Assembly (NCBI GenBank): GCA_016844925.1
Contig: JAERTI010000035.1
Coordinates: forward strand, 4,949 to 68,948
Source: Candidatus Uhrbacteria bacterium
Lineage (GTDB): Bacteria; Patescibacteriota; Patescibacteriia; UBA9934; GWF2-40-263
Direction of reading: 5' to 3'
DNA: 64,000 nt
Every line of letters starts with the position of its first letter. Position 1 is the first letter of the stretch. Below are positions 40,221-49,731 of this stretch, in pieces. The notes beneath the pieces were generated by a model, which had not been told where the DNA came from, did not search any database, and was given only the letters and a program-made list of their open reading frames with translations. The translations under genes and the position numbers were made by a program.

Positions 40221-42282
40221 AGGTGAAAAAGCCTCCTATTAAATCGAATGACTGATCAAAAATACGAACATGGGGGCCACCAGAAGCGAGTGGAGATGTG
40301 TAGATCTCGCTAAGACCATTATTGTCGATATCCCCCACAGCTACGGAGACCCCCCCTGTAAATCGCGTGTGGTAAGCAAAAAATGACTGAGTCAGTGTAC
40401 CTAATTGATTATACACGGAAACCTTCGGACTGTGACCTGACCCTGAAGCGACCACGATCTCAGCCACCCCATCGCCATCAAGGTCCCCAACGGTAGTCGT
40501 TATCGCATCAACGTCACCATCAAACGCCACAAAAGAACGGACATAGGTTCCCGTTCCGTCAAAGATTCGAACAGCACCGTCGGAGCCGTACCGTTTTGTC
40601 ACAATGAGCTCATCCTCCGCATCGGCATCCAAATTACCCGCGCTTATTGCCAGGGGTGTTTCTGTACGACCGAGCGGAAAGAACGATCCTTTCAGGTGTC
40701 CTAGCTTATTAAAAATACGAACCTGCCCTGTGCTATTTTGATCTGCCGTCACGATAATCTCATCGATCCCATCAGCATTTATATCTCCAGTAGCAACATA
40801 GATACCCCCTCGCCCCCCTTCGTCAAAGGCAAAGAACTGATTTTCTGGACGACCATCAAGATCGAAAACGCGTACCTGCGGCCCACCTCCTGGCCCAGCC
40901 CCCGTGACAATCTCTAGTTCACCATCACCATCGACATCCCCTGTAGCCACACGCACACCACCAGTAAAGGCCTCGCTGTAGGCGTGAAAATCTCCCAGAA
41001 CGTTTCCGCGTCCATCATAGCGACGCACGAGCGGTACGGAGCCGTGACCCTGAGCGATCACAAAGCTCTCTGTTTCAATCACGGAACCAGATGAAACCGA
41101 CGTTGCCCCCGTCCCCTGAACCGTCACCTGCGCCACCTCAAGGGCCTTTGCCAAGTTCAAACGACCAGCACCTAAACGCGTACGCGCCTCAAGCGAACTC
41201 TCCCCCACGGGGTCAACCGAAAGCTTGAGCGCGTTTCGCACCTGGTCAGGTGTCATAGACGGATAGGTACTGCGAAGTCGTGCTGCTGCCGCAGCAACAA
41301 TCGGCGCAGCCAGCGAAGTCCCTTCCCACGGAGATGCATAGGCCGTACTAAGAAGCAGCTCACTCGCGTCATGAAAAACGGTGGCAAAAATATCAACACC
41401 AGGAGCAACGAGGTCCACACAGCGCGTGCCGAAGTTTGAAAAGCTTGCTTTGTTATCTGATCGATCACTGGCCGCAACACCAATCACCACATTGTGCCCG
41501 ATCTCCTGGTCATAACAAGCTGGATAGATGGGAGTGCTGTCGGTATCAACATTTCCGTTACCGACGGCCCCAACGATCACGACACCCTGCTCATAGGCCC
41601 ATACGAGGGTTTCCCTTAGACGCTCATCTGAAGTAGAAAACGTGATGCTCAGATTAATAATGTCTGCCCCGTTCTCAACGGCATAACGAACCGCGCGCCG
41701 AACATCGACGGTTGATCCAGCGCCATCACGATTCAACACACGCAGGGGCATAATTTTGGCCTCGGGCGCGATCCCCCTGATACCCAATCCATTATCTTGC
41801 TTAGCCGCGATGATGCCGGCAATCACGGTTCCGTGTGAGACCACAATATCCCTAAGGGGGGCCGTTGTGTCAGGTGAAGGGTCGGGATCGTTATCAACAA
41901 AGTCCCATCCCATGACGTCGTCCTCATAACCATTGGCGTCATTATCTACCTGATCTGCAACTGTCTCATCCACATTCACCCAGTACTGTCCTTCTAAATC
42001 TTCGTGATCCAAATCAAAACCCGCATCGAGCACGGCCACGATGGTCTCAGATCCTGAGCTCACGAACTCCGTCTCAGTGGCCGAGATTTGACTGAGATAC
42101 CAAAGCTCGTCAGCAAAACGATCTGTAGACTGTGCAACGGCCATCGTGCCATTAAAAATAAGCGAGACAATAACGAGACTCGCTATAAGGGCTTGTTTTT
42201 TTAATAACCGGACTTCCGGAAACAACGAAAAATGCCGCATATACAGTAGCGGCATTGTATCGATCTTCTTAGAAATTGTCAT
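40180..42282 (-). CDS. Second S8 subtilase with FG-GAP-like repeats (tandem paralog)
   Basis: VLDAG, SHGT, GTSLAAP; same repeat tail; start uncertain. Confidence 0.88.
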   Translation of the reverse strand: MTISKKIDTMPLLYMRHFSLFPEVRLLKKQALIASLVIVSLIFNGTMAVAQSTDRFADELWYLSQISATETEFVSSGSETIVAVLDAGFDLDHEDLEGQYWVNVDETVADQVDNDANGYEDDVMGWDFVDNDPDPSPDTTAPLRDIVVSHGTVIAGIIAAKQDNGLGIRGIAPEAKIMPLRVLNRDGAGSTVDVRRAVRYAVENGADIINLSITFSTSDERLRETLVWAYEQGVVIVGAVGNGNVDTDSTPIYPACYDQEIGHNVVIGVAASDRSDNKASFSNFGTRCVDLVAPGVDIFATVFHDASELLLSTAYASPWEGTSLAAPIVAAAAARLRSTYPSMTPDQVRNALKLSVDPVGESSLEARTRLGAGRLNLAKALEVAQVTVQGTGATSVSSGSVIETESFVIAQGHGSVPLVRRYDGRGNVLGDFHAYSEAFTGGVRVATGDVDGDGELEIVTGAGPGGGPQVRVFDLDGRPENQFFAFDEGGRGGIYVATGDINADGIDEIIVTADQNSTGQVRIFNKLGHLKGSFFPLGRTETPLAISAGNLDADAEDELIVTKRYGSDGAVRIFDGTGTYVRSFVAFDGDVDAITTTVGDLDGDGVAEIVVASGSGHSPKVSVYNQLGTLTQSFFAYHTRFTGGVSVAVGDIDNNGLSEIYTSPLASGGPHVRIFDQSFDLIGGFFTFDQEDRYGTFIAM

Positions 42283-43765
42283 CCAAAGTTGTCACAGCCT
42301 CGGCAGCAAGGTCTGGCACGTAATCTTCTGCTGATTCGATTGGCTCGCCAAAGGTGTAGTTTCCGTAGAATGCATCCGATATATCGTCGATCTGCTGATT
42401 CCAGTCATCGCCATAGAGCTCAGTAGCAATCTCTTCACTCGCGATTGAACGCAGCTCTCCCCCCTTGACCACAGCATACACCGTTGGCACAGAAAGGAAC
42501 TTCACCATACGCGTACCAGGATGATAGGTCACATTGGACCCAAGAGCGATATCAGAAAGAAAATCTGAGCTCACATCCACCACAGAATCGAAGTCATCAA
42601 ACCAGGTGAAAAATACTTTTTCGTTTGGAAACGCATGACGCTTACCGTCGGTAGCATAGTAGTAGACAGAACGGCATGGATCGTTGAGATCCGTTTCACC
42701 AAGACACACGGACTTGATAAGCGTCCCGGGCTCCGCCTCAACAGGCGTAAGCACTTCCTCTTCCTCAACCTCTTCTTCTGTTGCCTCTTCCTCAGTAATC
42801 TCTTCTTCCTCCTCAGCCTCTTCCTCGATCACCTCCTCCTCATAACGCACCATCACCGAGGCAATATCATCTTTTGTTCCAACGGCCCAGATGCCCCCAT
42901 CGGACACATACGCATTTCGGAATGTGTAATTTTCATCTGTGTAATCAGTAACCGTCCATGTAGCGCCACCGTCCTCAGATCTTATGAGAATCTTGTCTCC
43001 TACCACGACCAACTCATCCCCCGACCCACGAATATCATACAGATGTTGATTCGTTACTCCGCTCACAGAGACATCTGCCCACGACACACCAGCATCTGTC
43101 GTCTTTCTAAAAATGCCACTTCGTCCAACAACGTACCCCTCTGTCGCCGACGTAAACCACACGCCGTAGAGATCGTTACTCGCAACCATGCCGAGGTTTG
43201 TCCAATTTTGACCCCCATCAGTCGTAGACAACAACACTCCTTCTGTACCCACGATCCATGCCGTGCCATCACCTATATCCTGCACTCGATACAAAGCGCT
43301 GGTAACCGGCGAGGTGACACTCAACCAAAGTTTCGCGGCCGTTTGATACGCCATGATCCTTCCGCCGGACCCGACAAGATAGGCATAGTCGTCTGATGCA
43401 TCGAGGTCATAAAGATTTTCTGTCACACTAAGAGTGACATTTCCCCACGTTGCTCCACCATCATCGGACTGGCGCATCGTTGCCCCCTCACCTATCGCCC
43501 AAACCGTATCGCCAAACGCTCCCATATCCTGCCAGTAGGCGGTGGCGTTTTGATCAAAGACTTCCCAAGTTTCCCCGTCATCTTGCGATTGAATAATGTT
43601 TCCGCTATTTCCACCTGCAAAAACCGTGTCTCCGACCTGAACCATTCCCTGTAGGCCCTGGATGGTTCCATATTCTTTTTCTTCCCAAGACCCCTCAGCT
43701 AAAACAGGGCTCACCAGAACAGAAAAAATAAGCGCGCTAACAAAAGAGATGCGATGAAATTTCAT
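42269..43765 (-). CDS. Secreted YCF48/BNR-repeat propeller protein; C-terminal domain shared with the S-layer-like protein
   Basis: SxDxGxTW repeats, Glu-rich linker, YYYATDGKRHAFPNEKVFFTWF. Confidence 0.82.
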   Translation of the reverse strand: MKFHRISFVSALIFSVLVSPVLAEGSWEEKEYGTIQGLQGMVQVGDTVFAGGNSGNIIQSQDDGETWEVFDQNATAYWQDMGAFGDTVWAIGEGATMRQSDDGGATWGNVTLSVTENLYDLDASDDYAYLVGSGGRIMAYQTAAKLWLSVTSPVTSALYRVQDIGDGTAWIVGTEGVLLSTTDGGQNWTNLGMVASNDLYGVWFTSATEGYVVGRSGIFRKTTDAGVSWADVSVSGVTNQHLYDIRGSGDELVVVGDKILIRSEDGGATWTVTDYTDENYTFRNAYVSDGGIWAVGTKDDIASVMVRYEEEVIEEEAEEEEEITEEEATEEEVEEEEVLTPVEAEPGTLIKSVCLGETDLNDPCRSVYYYATDGKRHAFPNEKVFFTWFDDFDSVVDVSSDFLSDIALGSNVTYHPGTRMVKFLSVPTVYAVVKGGELRSIASEEIATELYGDDWNQQIDDISDAFYGNYTFGEPIESAEDYVPDLAAEAVTTLDDNF

Positions 43766-43783
43766 ATGCACTCAGTATAACAG

Positions 43784-43809
43784 AAGACCGTGCCCGAAGG
43801 CACGGTCTT
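43784..43809 (-). terminator. Strong hairpin closing the S-layer-like gene transcript
   Basis: aagaccgtgcc-TTCG-ggcacggtctt. Confidence 0.8.
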
Positions 43810-43923
43810 GTCTGTTCCCCAGGATCCCGATCTCGGTGAGCCAAGACGTCTAGCCGAAGCTGTCGGTCGGATGCTCGTGAGATGTATGGATAGATGGAGA
43901 GTTGCTCTTGTTAGAGCGTTTGC

Positions 43924-46900
43924 TTACTTGGTCCACGTCTCAGATCCGAGGTCAAGGTTCTTGACCAAGTATCCGTTGTGCCAGTCACCTGTTGAAGATG
44001 TACCAGCAGTTGAGCTGTGGGAAGCAGCACTGTTATCTGACCAGAGGAGCTCGTGGTTAGTAGCTGAAGAGTTACCAGCAGCTGCTGAGGTAAAGAGCTC
44101 GATAACGGTGGTGGTTGTATCACCAACGTTCAAGAAGAGATCAGTACCGTTTGAAGAGCTGTCCTGAGCCAGGTAGAAGCTTACAGAGTCACCAACAGTG
44201 TCAGAACCAGTCAAGCGGAAGCCTTGTACGGTACCGCGGATGGTGTAAGTCACTGTTTCTCCAGCAGAGATGCTGTCCTCTGTTGACCAGGTTACAACCA
44301 AGTCAGAGTCAGACTCGAGCATTCCGCTTGTGCTCTCGACGGAGTTTCCGTCCTGGTCCTGAATCACAACAGATGAAGTGATGTCAGATCCGTTCTTGTA
44401 GAGCTTAACGGACTCAACCTCGAGAGTGTCAGCTGTACCACCATCGCTCCAAGCTGTTGTCAGCTTGAACTGCTTCATGGCGATTGAACCATTAGCATCA
44501 GCGGTAACAGTGAACTTGTAGAGATCAGTTGCCTGACCGTTCACGAGTGTTGAGTTGGAGAGATCGGTGTGAGTAATGGTTGGAATGGATGCGAACACGA
44601 AGAGGTTGTTACCAATGATCGAGTCGGAAGTCCACTCTGTTCCGTTAGTCTCAGTTGTCTCTGTTCCGTTTGTGTCGCGAATCTTCACAGACTCGAGTGT
44701 GTTCTGCACATCGGTCTGAGAGGTTCCAGCACCTACACCGACAGAAGTCAGCTGGTACTTCACAGTCAAGGTCTTGGAAGCGTTTGCAGCAACCTCGACA
44801 CTCATTCCTGTAAGTGTACCGGAAGTGTTGGTGTCCTCATCAAAGATTGTTGAACCAACGAGGTCTGTTCCGTCGTAGACGTTTACTGCGCTGACCAATC
44901 CAGCAGCAGTTGCGCTAGCAACAGAAGTCTTGAGCTCGGTGATGGTGTAAGTCTCGTTAGCAGCGCTAAAGCGGTACTTAGCAGCCGTAATCTCCTGGTC
45001 AGCAGCTACGATAGCGTCGACTGGGTGATCATCGTTGAACTCAGAGAATGAACCAGCAGCAATCGTGATGGTCTGTCCAGCAACCTCAGTGGTTGAAGGA
45101 GAAGTACCTGAGAGCATGCTTGTTCCGTTAACGTCAGTAACAGCGATTACAGTCTCACCAGTGCTGATGGCTGAGTCGATGTCAGTGTAAACGTTTACGT
45201 AGATTGTCTCACCAGCCTCAAGAGCGTAGTTAATGGACCATGAGTTGGCGGTCTCAGAAACCGTACCCTTAGTGCTTGCAGTAGTCATGTCACCCTCTGG
45301 ACCATACTCGAGGTAGAGGTTGAACAAGTCTGTAGAAGCGGTAGCAGTGTCAGTGTCAAGATCAACGTTGATGTCGGTCAAGTTAACACCTTCGCTTGTT
45401 CCAGCTGTTACGGAGAAAGAACCGATCTTGTAAGCGGTCTTTGGATCTGTAACGGACTGGTTAGCGTATGCACCGTTCTTTGCAACAGTGAGAGATGCAG
45501 CAGTCACAGTCAATGTGTTGGCTGTAACAGTAGATCCGTCTGGAGCATCAACGTAGCTACCAGAAGTCATGCGCTGTACGTTGCTTACACCGTTCATGTC
45601 TGAGATCTCAGCAATGATAGTGTCAGCAGCCTCAATGTTGTCTGTTCCGTCTGAGTCATAAATGTCAGCTCGGAGCTCAACAGTTGCTGGGGAACCAGGA
45701 ACAACGATGAAAGAAGAACCGAAGGTGTAAGACGTGTAGTCTGTACCAGCTCCAGCGTTGGCCTCAAGACCAGCAGTAGAACCAACCTGTGTACCGTCAA
45801 GGTAAACAGCACCGTTTCGGAGAGTTACATCGTCTCCGTCACTTTCTGTGAAAGCGAAGCGGAGGCTTTCAACCTTCATGCTCTCGCCGAAGGCCTTAGC
45901 TGTCCATGAACCGAGAACAACGCCAGAAGCGGTCTCAGTTACGTCTCCAGAGTTGGAGTCAGTTGCTTTGGTGAAGGTGAGAGAACCGCTGTTAACAGTC
46001 TGTGCACCTGCATCCATTGCAGCAAATGTGGAAGAACCAACGGTAGCACGTACTGGCTGTCCGTAGTCCTGATCCATAGCGACGAAGTCGGCGCTATTGC
46101 GGAGTCCAACAGTAACTGTGCGGCCTGAGCCACCAATTACGTCAGCAAGAACCTTCACCTGGTGGTTACCAGTTGAGAGTTCGAGTGGCTCGTCAGAAAG
46201 GTCGAATGTGATGTATCCATCAGCATCCTCGCTAGCAACAGTCTCACCACGCATTACTCCACCAACGTACAGGCTCCAGTTCTCAACATCATCAGCATCG
46301 ATAGATCCGATGTTGCGGAAGCGTGCAGCGTAAAGGTCGAGCTCGTTTGTGTTCACTGCCAAGGTGCGCTCGAAGACGCGGTAGCCCTCCTGTGGGTCGA
46401 TAGAAGAAGCGCTTGGAGTTGTGCTTCCTGTGAAGTCAGCAGCACCGAAGGTGGCTGGGGAAGAAGCAATTGTGTGAACGTCACCTTCCATTGGGAAGGA
46501 TCCTGAAGCGTCACCACCGTTGGTGAAACTCAAGTCATCTGCTGAGTCGATGGAAAGACCAACGGTCTGACCATTGGTGCTAGCAGCGATGTCTGAACGA
46601 ACAGACAATGTTGCCTCTTCACCGGCGCCAAGAGTCCAAATACCAGAAGCGTCGTTGAAAGTTACAGCACCATCAGAGATGGTTGCAGCGTCAGTCAAAC
46701 GTACGTACCCGTCAAAGAGGTAGAGGTTTGCCAAGGTTGTGTCAGAAGACACACCGCTGCGGTTAAGAGTGATCTGAGTCAGATCCACTGAAGAATCTGA
46801 GTTGTTTTCCAAGGTAACGTGCAAGAGGTCTGCAATTCCCTGTCCTGCAATCAGTGTTGAAGCTGATGGAGAACCAGAGATGCTTACAGAAACGTCTGCA

Positions 46901-47622
46901 GACTCGACAACCTCGTCTGTCTCAACCATCTGAGCTGCGTCTGTAAGAGAAGCGAGCTCTGAAGTGATCTCGTCACCTTCAGTCAAGTCAGCTGGGTCGA
47001 AGCCCTCACCAGTAAGCCAGAAGCCATCCTGGTAACCGTTTGCACCGTCGTCTGAAACCATGCGAGCTTCGCCGTCCCAGACAAGGTAGTTGTCAGTTCC
47101 GTCTGTCCAGAGCATTCCTTCGTATCCTTCGGAAGCGTCTGTAAGAGAGTCACCAACAGTGTAGTCGACGAAGAATACGTCTGGAACATCATCGATGTTT
47201 GTGTTCCAAGCGTCTCCAGCAAGACCTACAGCAGTGTCCTCGTCCTCAATCCAGTGGATTGAACCATCACGAGCAACTGCGTATACCTTTTCGTCGGATT
47301 CGATCTTGATCCATCGTGAACCTGGGCGGTACACAATGTTTCCTGCGAGAGTGATGTCAGCGAGCTCCTCATCGGAGATCTCAACAACACCGTCAAAGTC
47401 TGCGTTCCAAGAGAAGTAAGTCTTCTCGTTTGGGAATGAATAGCGCTGACCGTCAGAACCGTAGTAGTAAACGGTTGAGAGGGTCTCACCCTTAATGAGG
47501 TCGCCGTACTCAGCGGCAGAAGCCTGCATAGGGACGAAAGCTGACAAACCTGCTGTTGCGAGAATCGTAGCAGCGGCGACAACCATCGTGAACGCTTTCT
47601 TCAATTGAAGAGAGTTAGTCAT
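43924..47622 (-). CDS. Large secreted S-layer-like surface protein
   Basis: Signal peptide; Cys-free, T/S/D/A/G-rich Ig-like repeats; strongly biased codon usage suggesting high expression. Confidence 0.8.
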   Translation of the reverse strand: MTNSLQLKKAFTMVVAAATILATAGLSAFVPMQASAAEYGDLIKGETLSTVYYYGSDGQRYSFPNEKTYFSWNADFDGVVEISDEELADITLAGNIVYRPGSRWIKIESDEKVYAVARDGSIHWIEDEDTAVGLAGDAWNTNIDDVPDVFFVDYTVGDSLTDASEGYEGMLWTDGTDNYLVWDGEARMVSDDGANGYQDGFWLTGEGFDPADLTEGDEITSELASLTDAAQMVETDEVVESADVSVSISGSPSASTLIAGQGIADLLHVTLENNSDSSVDLTQITLNRSGVSSDTTLANLYLFDGYVRLTDAATISDGAVTFNDASGIWTLGAGEEATLSVRSDIAASTNGQTVGLSIDSADDLSFTNGGDASGSFPMEGDVHTIASSPATFGAADFTGSTTPSASSIDPQEGYRVFERTLAVNTNELDLYAARFRNIGSIDADDVENWSLYVGGVMRGETVASEDADGYITFDLSDEPLELSTGNHQVKVLADVIGGSGRTVTVGLRNSADFVAMDQDYGQPVRATVGSSTFAAMDAGAQTVNSGSLTFTKATDSNSGDVTETASGVVLGSWTAKAFGESMKVESLRFAFTESDGDDVTLRNGAVYLDGTQVGSTAGLEANAGAGTDYTSYTFGSSFIVVPGSPATVELRADIYDSDGTDNIEAADTIIAEISDMNGVSNVQRMTSGSYVDAPDGSTVTANTLTVTAASLTVAKNGAYANQSVTDPKTAYKIGSFSVTAGTSEGVNLTDINVDLDTDTATASTDLFNLYLEYGPEGDMTTASTKGTVSETANSWSINYALEAGETIYVNVYTDIDSAISTGETVIAVTDVNGTSMLSGTSPSTTEVAGQTITIAAGSFSEFNDDHPVDAIVAADQEITAAKYRFSAANETYTITELKTSVASATAAGLVSAVNVYDGTDLVGSTIFDEDTNTSGTLTGMSVEVAANASKTLTVKYQLTSVGVGAGTSQTDVQNTLESVKIRDTNGTETTETNGTEWTSDSIIGNNLFVFASIPTITHTDLSNSTLVNGQATDLYKFTVTADANGSIAMKQFKLTTAWSDGGTADTLEVESVKLYKNGSDITSSVVIQDQDGNSVESTSGMLESDSDLVVTWSTEDSISAGETVTYTIRGTVQGFRLTGSDTVGDSVSFYLAQDSSSNGTDLFLNVGDTTTTVIELFTSAAAGNSSATNHELLWSDNSAASHSSTAGTSSTGDWHNGYLVKNLDLGSETWTK

Positions 47623-47865
47623 AAGTTGAATATGGGTGCTTTACCCGCCCTCCTGAATAATAGTGTGGGGGCAGGTGAACCTTTTTAGCTCCGGTTCGGA
47701 GCTTTGCTTAATTGACGAGTAGCGACCTCATGGGCCTCGACCTTTTACAGCGACTCGCGAACTAATGAATGAAGCTCATCCAGGTGATCACAAATGGATG
47801 AGCGAGCGAGAGGCCACTCCCTACGTATAAGGAGAGGCACCTGGCCCGTGAACTTCAGGTTCAGT
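47623..47865 (-). ncRNA. Candidate long structured leader of the S-layer-like gene
   Basis: 243-nt intergenic region with about six hairpins in an otherwise tightly packed region. Confidence 0.5.
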
Positions 47866-48741
47866 TTATTCTTGATTTGTTAATTCAATCTCTTTTAGTA
47901 CTTGGAAGGCTCGGCGATAGGCCCCTTCATCTGCAAGAGCCTGAGCCATATCGAGCGACTCCTGATCTGCACCAGCCTCTGTTGCCAGAATCAGCTCCTT
48001 TTCAAATGCCAGTGCAAGTTCTCGAGCTATCTCTTCATCCTGTTCAGTCTCGTGTGCTGTGATGATCACCTCTACTGCCTGCTCCTTTGCTTCCTCAATG
48101 ATCTCCTCCACCTCTTCAACCACTTCCTCTGAAAGCTCTGCTGCTGTTGAGGTCACGGTTGTTGTGTAGGCTTCGGCGTTGCGACCAACGGCCTTTGCCA
48201 ACTCTTTCGTTCCGGCGTCTGTGCTTGCATCATCGTTTGAAAGCTCCTGCTGAATGGTGGCGACCTCATTCTTGAAACGTTCCACCGCCAGTTGAACTGT
48301 CTGCGGCTCTAGTTCATGCAACTGAGCGGACACTTCAACCATCTCCTCAAGTCGCCGGCTCGTGAACTCCATCTGAAGACTGGCTCGTTGATCGGCTCCG
48401 AATGCCAGAGCGAGCTGTGTCTTTTCAACGGAGAGTTTTACCGGATACAACTTGTCACCTGGCAAAGCGCTCTGTGAGGCATTCGCCATGGAGATCCAAC
48501 CAGTGATGGCAAAAAGAAAAACGGCAACTGCGGCGGCCATTGGCTTGAGCATGGCCTGTGAAAAATTCCACATGTAATACTCAAGGTAGTCGCGCATGCC
48601 GTATCTCTGTGACTCCTTTTCAAGATCTACTCCCGTACTCTCCAAAACCAAATCTCGAACACGTGACTCGTCTACAGCTGGAAACAACTCCGAGCTGTCG
48701 GACAAGCGGTCGAATAGATTTTGGATGTCTCGGTCGTTCAT
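47866..48741 (-). CDS. Putative anti-sigma factor (single TM, DUF5667-like domain)
   Basis: ALPGDKLYPVKL motif after the TM; ATGA-coupled to the ECF sigma gene. Confidence 0.75.
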   Translation of the reverse strand: MNDRDIQNLFDRLSDSSELFPAVDESRVRDLVLESTGVDLEKESQRYGMRDYLEYYMWNFSQAMLKPMAAAVAVFLFAITGWISMANASQSALPGDKLYPVKLSVEKTQLALAFGADQRASLQMEFTSRRLEEMVEVSAQLHELEPQTVQLAVERFKNEVATIQQELSNDDASTDAGTKELAKAVGRNAEAYTTTVTSTAAELSEEVVEEVEEIIEEAKEQAVEVIITAHETEQDEEIARELALAFEKELILATEAGADQESLDMAQALADEGAYRRAFQVLKEIELTNQE

Positions 48742-49292
48742 AGATCTCCAAATTTTTTTCTAATATTTGATCTGAGTTTATGAATGGCTCGATGAAGCTT
48801 TACCGCTGTCGCGTTCTCTGTAATTCCCAACTCCTTCGCAATATCTTTTACCCTCATTTGATGGACATGCCTCATGAGGATCAACTGTGCCTCCTCTTCC
48901 TTTAACTGCGTGATCAGCTCCTTCAGAATATTTGCATCCACTTGATCCACGATAGCCTCGTGCAGAGGCTCACTCAGCTCCGGAGCCTCATCACTTTCTG
49001 GTAGAGCCTGCTCTTGGCGTTTCTCTTTCGTCCGATAGAAGTCTGACACCACACCTCTTGCCATGGTGAAAATAATCCCTGAGAGCGAATCGATCTTTGT
49101 GCTCTGAGCATATCGCCAAAGCCTGATCCAAGTCTCAGCAAGAGCATCCTCGGCATCATGGCCGGATGGAAGCTTGAACGAAAGGAACTTCTTTACTTTT
49201 GCACCGTAGAGATCGACAACCTTGTTAAAGGCATCTTCGTCGCTAAACGCTCGGATGCGGAACAAAAGAAATTTTTCTTTTTCGTTGCTCAC
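48738..49292 (-). CDS. ECF-type RNA polymerase sigma factor
   Basis: Region 2 DAEDALAETWIRLW; region 4 KDIAKELGITENATAVKLHRA. Confidence 0.9.
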   Translation of the reverse strand: MSNEKEKFLLFRIRAFSDEDAFNKVVDLYGAKVKKFLSFKLPSGHDAEDALAETWIRLWRYAQSTKIDSLSGIIFTMARGVVSDFYRTKEKRQEQALPESDEAPELSEPLHEAIVDQVDANILKELITQLKEEEAQLILMRHVHQMRVKDIAKELGITENATAVKLHRAIHKLRSNIRKKFGDL

Positions 49293-49336
49293 AGAAGAAG
49301 CATCGTGAATTAAGAAAGTATTACAACAATAGGAGG

Positions 49337-49414
49337 AAACTAGCTGAAATAGGCCAAAAAATCAAGAGTTCCATTGACAAATCCTTATTTTTTGGCTACA
49401 CTGGCATTGACAAA
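49337..49414. promoter_or_regulatory. Back-to-back divergent sigma70 promoters with a CATTGACAAA direct repeat
   Basis: Minus: TTGATT-17-TAGTTT (49337-49365). Plus: TTGACA-17-TACACT (49374-49402). Repeat copies at 49372 and 49405. Confidence 0.65.
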
Positions 49415-49435
49415 CAACGTTATCAACAAGCACTT

Positions 49436-49717
49436 ATGAAGTCGATAATCCGCCTGTCTGTTTCTGAGGCTGCAAAGATGTTCGGTGTTAGCCAACGAAC
49501 CATTAGACGGGCCATCAAATCCGATGAAGTCACCTACGTGGTGGTACAAGGTCGATACAAGATCAACTTTGAATCTCTTTTACGTTGGTCACAGAGAACA
49601 ACCACTGTGAAAAACAAACGTGACAAGAAGGGCCTTGGTCAGTACGTCGACCAATGGCGCATTAGCGGAAAGCTCTACTCTCCTAACCCCAAGAGTCTTT
49701 CAGACTCAGAAGGGTAA
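49436..49717 (+). CDS. HTH_17 (excisionase/BldC-like) DNA-binding protein
   Basis: LSVSEAAKMFGVSQRTIRRAI..GRYKI. Confidence 0.85.
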   Translation: MKSIIRLSVSEAAKMFGVSQRTIRRAIKSDEVTYVVVQGRYKINFESLLRWSQRTTTVKNKRDKKGLGQYVDQWRISGKLYSPNPKSLSDSEG

Positions 49718-49731
49718 TCTTCAGTGATGCT

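Noticed and set aside
43790-44167. 125-aa plus-strand ORF over the end of the S-layer-like gene
   Set aside because: Antisense to a strong gene and its terminator; no recognisable features.
49436-49717. Prophage or ICE excisionase
   Set aside because: No integrase, att site, tRNA or phage genes nearby.
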